Assembly (NCBI GenBank): GCA_027001995.1
Contig: JALTLO010000039.1
Coordinates: 1 to 23,995, forward strand
Direction of reading: 5' to 3'
DNA from: Planctomycetota bacterium
GTDB taxonomy: Bacteria > Planctomycetota > GCA-002687715 > DRQF01
DNA length: 23,995 nt
Positions 20,006 through 23,995 of this stretch are shown here, piece after piece. The notes below the pieces were generated by a model that saw only the letters and a list, made by a program, of their open reading frames with translations, searched no databases and was not told the origin of the DNA. The translations under genes were made by a program, and so were the position numbers. How positions within the stretch are numbered: position 1 is the stretch's first letter; each line of letters begins with the position of its first letter.

Positions 20006-20044
20006 GAATGAGGCTTCCAACCATGTTGGAAGCCTCATTCTTTT
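20006..20044 (+). terminator. Rho-independent terminator of the sahR-ahcY operon
   Basis: Perfect 16 bp stem GAATGAGGCTTCCAAC / GTTGGAAGCCTCATTC with a 3 nt loop, followed by TTTT. A smaller hairpin TGATGAGT...ACTCATCA (19968-19990) precedes it. Confidence 0.85.
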
Positions 20045-20366
20045 CTGTGATGAAGCACGCATAGCATTTGCGCTGGTGCGGGAAGACCAAGAATTGGCGA
20101 AGTTGCCTGCAATATCCTCAATCGGAAATTTGAGTTGGGCAGTCCCCAATCAGTGAAAGTCAAGAGCCGAAATGACCGCTGAAACTATTTCTCCGGCTTC
20201 AACTTGATTGCTGCATCAACGCCTCTTTCTCGAGCAAATTTCGTACTTTCGAATCGCTCTCCCAATCGCCCGGCTTCCAAATTCACGCCTGTAAGCGGCT
20301 TTCGTAAGCTGCACGATTCTGGCTGTTAGCGCGCCAGATCGCCATTATTTTTGGATCCCCCCTTTC

Positions 20367-21035
20367 TTAGTCCTTCATTAGCTCCTTGATCATTGCAGCG
20401 ACACGTTGCGAATCGATCTTGAGATCAATTGCTTCAGTCGAACCCTCAAGTACATCAAGCCTCATAGCGTGTTGTTCGAGCGAAATCACTCGCTCCCTTG
20501 TTCTCCCTTGCGGCGAAACTGTTCGCCGAGTGAGAACCAGTACGGCTTCATGGATGCCGTATTTGAGAGGTGCAAAATCAGTGGTTCCACTGCTGACATC
20601 AATGATCTGCGTCCAACGATCACCTTCTCCAAAGTTAGTTACCGGACTGACTATAAGCTTGGCAGTCACCTCATGTAGTTGAGATGGCAATCCGCCGAGG
20701 ATTATTGATCGCACCGAGACCGGAGATAGCGGTATGTGGTTTATTCGATTCCTCAATGTAGCGCTTGCGCCCAGAAAGCCCGGAATTACGATATCCACCC
20801 TAATCGGTAGTTTTTCGACTGGAAAAGAAAAGACATTTCGATAGGACTGCACATTGCAATACGCCGTCACCTTGCCAGTCCTCGAGTCATAGATTCGAAT
20901 TTCTCCTCGACATGGTTCAGGAAGATTCGACTCGTCTTCGAATCGCAATCCAAAATGAATGTCAATGAATCCAACATCGGTCAAGGATCGTGTTTTCTCG
21001 TCACTTGATTGTAGATTCTCAACTTCATTCGGCAC
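20367..21035 (-). CDS. Hypothetical beta-rich protein, possibly an N-terminally truncated carboxypeptidase-regulatory-like protein
   Basis: 222 aa ORF with beta-strand periodicity (IRVDIVIPGF, LKYGIHEAVLVL). GTG start without a clear RBS or signal peptide. Confidence 0.5.
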   Translation of the reverse strand: MPNEVENLQSSDEKTRSLTDVGFIDIHFGLRFEDESNLPEPCRGEIRIYDSRTGKVTAYCNVQSYRNVFSFPVEKLPIRVDIVIPGFLGASATLRNRINHIPLSPVSVRSIILGGLPSQLHEVTAKLIVSPVTNFGEGDRWTQIIDVSSGTTDFAPLKYGIHEAVLVLTRRTVSPQGRTRERVISLEQHAMRLDVLEGSTEAIDLKIDSQRVAAMIKELMKD

Positions 21036-21283
21036 AGGTTTTCCCGAAGGTTTTCCGTTTTGACATGAGCATAGAATCTGGGATTCTTGACTGAGTATTG
21101 TGAACTTGAGAGTATCGTTATGCGTTGTAGATGCAGGATTATCCGGTACTCAAGAATCATAGATCGTGGAGGCTGAGCCTGAGGCGTTCTTTCATTTTGC
21201 ATGACGCATGCTCGTAATTGGGACCTTAGACCCCAAACTACGGACTTCCGTGTTAGGCGGGCAACATTTAAAAGGAGTAATTC

Positions 21284-23203
21284 ATGAAGTCAGAAGAACG
21301 AAATTCGATAGGCTTCTTGGCCGTAATCATGTTCTTGCTACTTGGTGCTGTAGCCTTTGTGAGCTTCTGTATTCCCGAAGATACATTAGTTCTGCAAGGG
21401 CAATCGGAAGTCGATACCGCCTCCAACGATGCGCGACGAGAACCACCTACGAGCAAGTCAGAGGCCATGCAAAGGAAGGTCGATGCGAGCAAAAACGGCC
21501 AGCAGCGAGGGGAAAACTCTTTCCCGGCTTCGAAGGGTATCAATGTGGCGATTCTTGGCGTGTGCTTTGAGGATGGCAGTCCCGTCGAAGGTGCAACAGT
21601 CCTATTTTCGCACACGGACGAAGAGTACACTACTAGCAAGGATGGTATGATAACTGTAGACGCTTCTGTGAAGCCAGTTGAGATTACAGTGAGAAGGGAG
21701 GAGTGTCCTAACAGTATTCATCACATGGCTCTGCCGCCCGGAGAACATTCCATCGCGATCTACAGAGGTAGATCATTGGCTGGCCGGTTTCTTGTCGACG
21801 GCCATTGTCCTACAAAACCGATTCGATTCAAATTTGAGTTCGATGGCTTTTCGTCTGAAAGGAATGCCCCTTCCTCAACCTCGATTGTTCCGATGTATCG
21901 CGGTACCTCCGCTCCTCTGGACGGTTCATTCGAAATTCATGGATTACCAAATCACCTCGACGGTTTCTTGACCGTCAGTCCAGAATACGACCTTATCGCC
22001 AAGAAGCCGCGTGCGATCGGCATTGAAGTTCACAGTTACGACTTCCTAAATGTTGAACTCGTGAGATTCCCATCTGTCACAGGCCGCATTATTCAGCAAC
22101 ACAGTGGACTTCCAGTGCCCAACACAAAGATCATCACTCGCGCCGTAAAAGGGAGATTCCATAACCTTAGTTCAACAAAGTCATCGAACGATGGAACCTT
22201 CGAAGTTGCCGTTCGGAGCCAAGATGTTCCGATTGAATTCGTTGTAGAGGTCAACGCCGGTGGCCTGAAAACGACGAGACGTTTTACAATTTCTAAGAAG
22301 GAGGAATTGGCGATCGGGGACATAAAAGTCCCGGACTTTCGATCCGCTCACTTTAGAGTCGTCGGGATTGGAGGAACCCCAATAGCTGGTGCGATTGCTA
22401 CTTCAAAATTGGGTGAGATAGTCAGCTCGAGAAGTACTACAGAAGGTTACTTGACGATCTCTGGGCTTGCTAACTCGATTGACCGTGTCGAGCTTGCAGC
22501 GCATGGGCACCGCGGTGAAACGGTTGAGATTATGAGTGCTTCCAGTGTGCAAAATTCAGGTCAGAAAGTGGTCCTCAGTCGGACCCCAACTCTGGAGTTG
22601 GGGTTCCACGACGAACAAGGTCTCCCGGCTGCCGATTGTATAGTGAGCATCTTCGCCAAGGAACCATTGTTTGCTCACGGCAAGTATCCAAACAGAGCTC
22701 ACTTGGTCCTTGGAGCCGCCTCGCTGCGGCGGGGGGGAGGAAAGAATGGCTCGTACAGGTACGAATTCCGCACCAACAAAACTGGAAGAGCAATCATCGA
22801 AGGGTTGCAGCCGGGGTTGCAGATCTACATCTCATCGATGACCAAATCAAAATTTCCTCTTTCGAAGACCGCGGCATATCAGATCCCCAAGGAAAGCAGA
22901 CTCAAGATTGATGTTGTTGTGGACTCTCGAGCCCTTGTTCCCCGAGCGAAAGACGTTCGTTTGACGGACAAAGACGGGGAACCAATTGCCGGGGCAAAAC
23001 TAGCACTTTCGAGTCAAGGACCAAGGAGTCGGATGATCCGGATGAGCGACCATAATGGCATTGCCAAATTCAGGGATGTCCAAGGACTTTCTTTCTTGCT
23101 CGAAGCGACGAAGAAGGGCTATGGCAAGAAGCAATTAGAAATCGTCTTCGGGCCGAATGCTGAACAACTTCTCGAGATAGAATTGTCAAAAACAGGGCAA
23201 TAA
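21284..23203 (+). CDS. Membrane-anchored exported protein with tandem carboxypeptidase regulatory-like (Cna-B-type) beta-sandwich domains
   Basis: Strong RBS AAAGGAG and N-terminal TM FLAVIMFLLLGAVAFVSF. Repeated domain openers DGSPVEGATV, SGLPVPNTKI, GGTPIAGAIA, QGLPAADCIV, DGEPIAGAKL with downstream T/S-x-x-x-G turns. Confidence 0.8.
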   Translation: MKSEERNSIGFLAVIMFLLLGAVAFVSFCIPEDTLVLQGQSEVDTASNDARREPPTSKSEAMQRKVDASKNGQQRGENSFPASKGINVAILGVCFEDGSPVEGATVLFSHTDEEYTTSKDGMITVDASVKPVEITVRREECPNSIHHMALPPGEHSIAIYRGRSLAGRFLVDGHCPTKPIRFKFEFDGFSSERNAPSSTSIVPMYRGTSAPLDGSFEIHGLPNHLDGFLTVSPEYDLIAKKPRAIGIEVHSYDFLNVELVRFPSVTGRIIQQHSGLPVPNTKIITRAVKGRFHNLSSTKSSNDGTFEVAVRSQDVPIEFVVEVNAGGLKTTRRFTISKKEELAIGDIKVPDFRSAHFRVVGIGGTPIAGAIATSKLGEIVSSRSTTEGYLTISGLANSIDRVELAAHGHRGETVEIMSASSVQNSGQKVVLSRTPTLELGFHDEQGLPAADCIVSIFAKEPLFAHGKYPNRAHLVLGAASLRRGGGKNGSYRYEFRTNKTGRAIIEGLQPGLQIYISSMTKSKFPLSKTAAYQIPKESRLKIDVVVDSRALVPRAKDVRLTDKDGEPIAGAKLALSSQGPRSRMIRMSDHNGIAKFRDVQGLSFLLEATKKGYGKKQLEIVFGPNAEQLLEIELSKTGQ

Positions 23204-23275
23204 GAGAAGAATTGAAATGACCAGGGCAATGTGCGCTGGTTTTTGTCTCCAGGGAAACGAACGAAAGGTATTTTT

Positions 23276-23623
23276 ATGAAGTTTCTCAATTATCTCGCGG
23301 TGATCGTCGCTCTTTGCGCAATCAGTAGTAGCGTCTCGGCTCAAACTGATTTCGAGATCGACCTTAATACTCCGCCGCATGGCGTTGATGTTACAATGAA
23401 CCCTGAAGCGGGCGGCGTCATCATTATTACTGACACACAATCAGACTGCTCTCTTTACATCATTGTTTATGATGGAAAAGGGGATGTTGTTGCCGAGGAG
23501 ATGCAACTTAAGCCCGGCGAACCGTTTGTCTATGTCGGCCCGGTTGGGAGTTTTTCGATCGGATTGTCCTCGGTTGATTGTCAGGCCAACGACGTTGCCA
23601 GCGGCAACTACACGATGACTTGA
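23276..23623 (+). CDS. Small secreted acidic beta protein, hypothetical
   Basis: RBS-like GAAAGG before ATG 23276; signal peptide MKFLNYLAVIVALCAISSSVSA-Q; two Cys in the mature part. Confidence 0.7.
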   Translation: MKFLNYLAVIVALCAISSSVSAQTDFEIDLNTPPHGVDVTMNPEAGGVIIITDTQSDCSLYIIVYDGKGDVVAEEMQLKPGEPFVYVGPVGSFSIGLSSVDCQANDVASGNYTMT

Positions 23624-23841
23624 GCTTGCCATTGATGAACACTAAGCGTGGCCAGAACGATTCTGTATAGGATGGCCGCTCTGTTCATGGCGGACCACCG
23701 CGGTCAAAGTTGCCGTACGTTTAGAACGTGGGCTTCCGGCAAACATGCACAATCTCAGATTTTTGGGCTGTGAGTAGGCCCCTCTCCCTGGCATTCATGC
23801 CGGGGTCTTGGGCATTGATCTCATGTTGGCAGGTAAGGTAT

Positions 23842-23995
23842 CTAGGATCGGAGGCTGTTGACTTCGCTCTCGAAGGATTCCTCGTCGCCCTCCACGGCAG
23901 CCAAGGCCTTTCGAAAGTTCCAAGGCATCCATGCCTCTGGTTTTTTCGCCATCACTTGATGGTTCTTTTGAAGGGCGTTGAGGTATTCAAACGGA
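23842..23995 (-). mobile_element. tnpC: IS66-family transposase, C-terminal end (partial; gene enters from the right edge)
   Basis: Manual translation: PFEYLNALQKNHQVMAKKPEAWMPWNFRKALAAVEGDEESFESEVNSLRS*. The P-F-x-Y-L...W-x-P-W-N tail is typical of IS66 TnpC. Not in the ORF track. Confidence 0.78.

Noticed and set aside
20291..20297. GTAAGCG resembling an IS66 terminus
   Set aside because: Only 7 bp, 3.5 kb from the transposase, with no matching partner or target duplication visible.

Overview
Bacterial genomic window, probably Planctomycetota-like (inferred from protein style only). The left 15 kb looks like an accessory conflict/defence island. It holds (i) a partial DUF222-like/HNH endonuclease gene on the minus strand that is missing from the ORF track, (ii) a tightly coupled four-gene operon of membrane/exported proteins built around a TRAFAC-class GTPase-TM-coiled-coil protein, which I cannot assign to a characterised system and consider the best novel candidate, and (iii) a translationally coupled DUF6361 + PLD-nuclease + SF2 helicase triad resembling the Azaca anti-phage system. 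The middle is housekeeping: a metallophosphoesterase, a stand-alone CinA-N/molybdopterin-binding protein, and an ArsR-methyltransferase (SahR-like) regulator with ahcY, including a visible promoter/operator and terminator. The right end has beta-sandwich (carboxypeptidase-regulatory-like) proteins, at least two of them apparently exported, and the 3' end of an IS66 transposase, also missing from the track. All family calls come from motif recognition; no searches were run.
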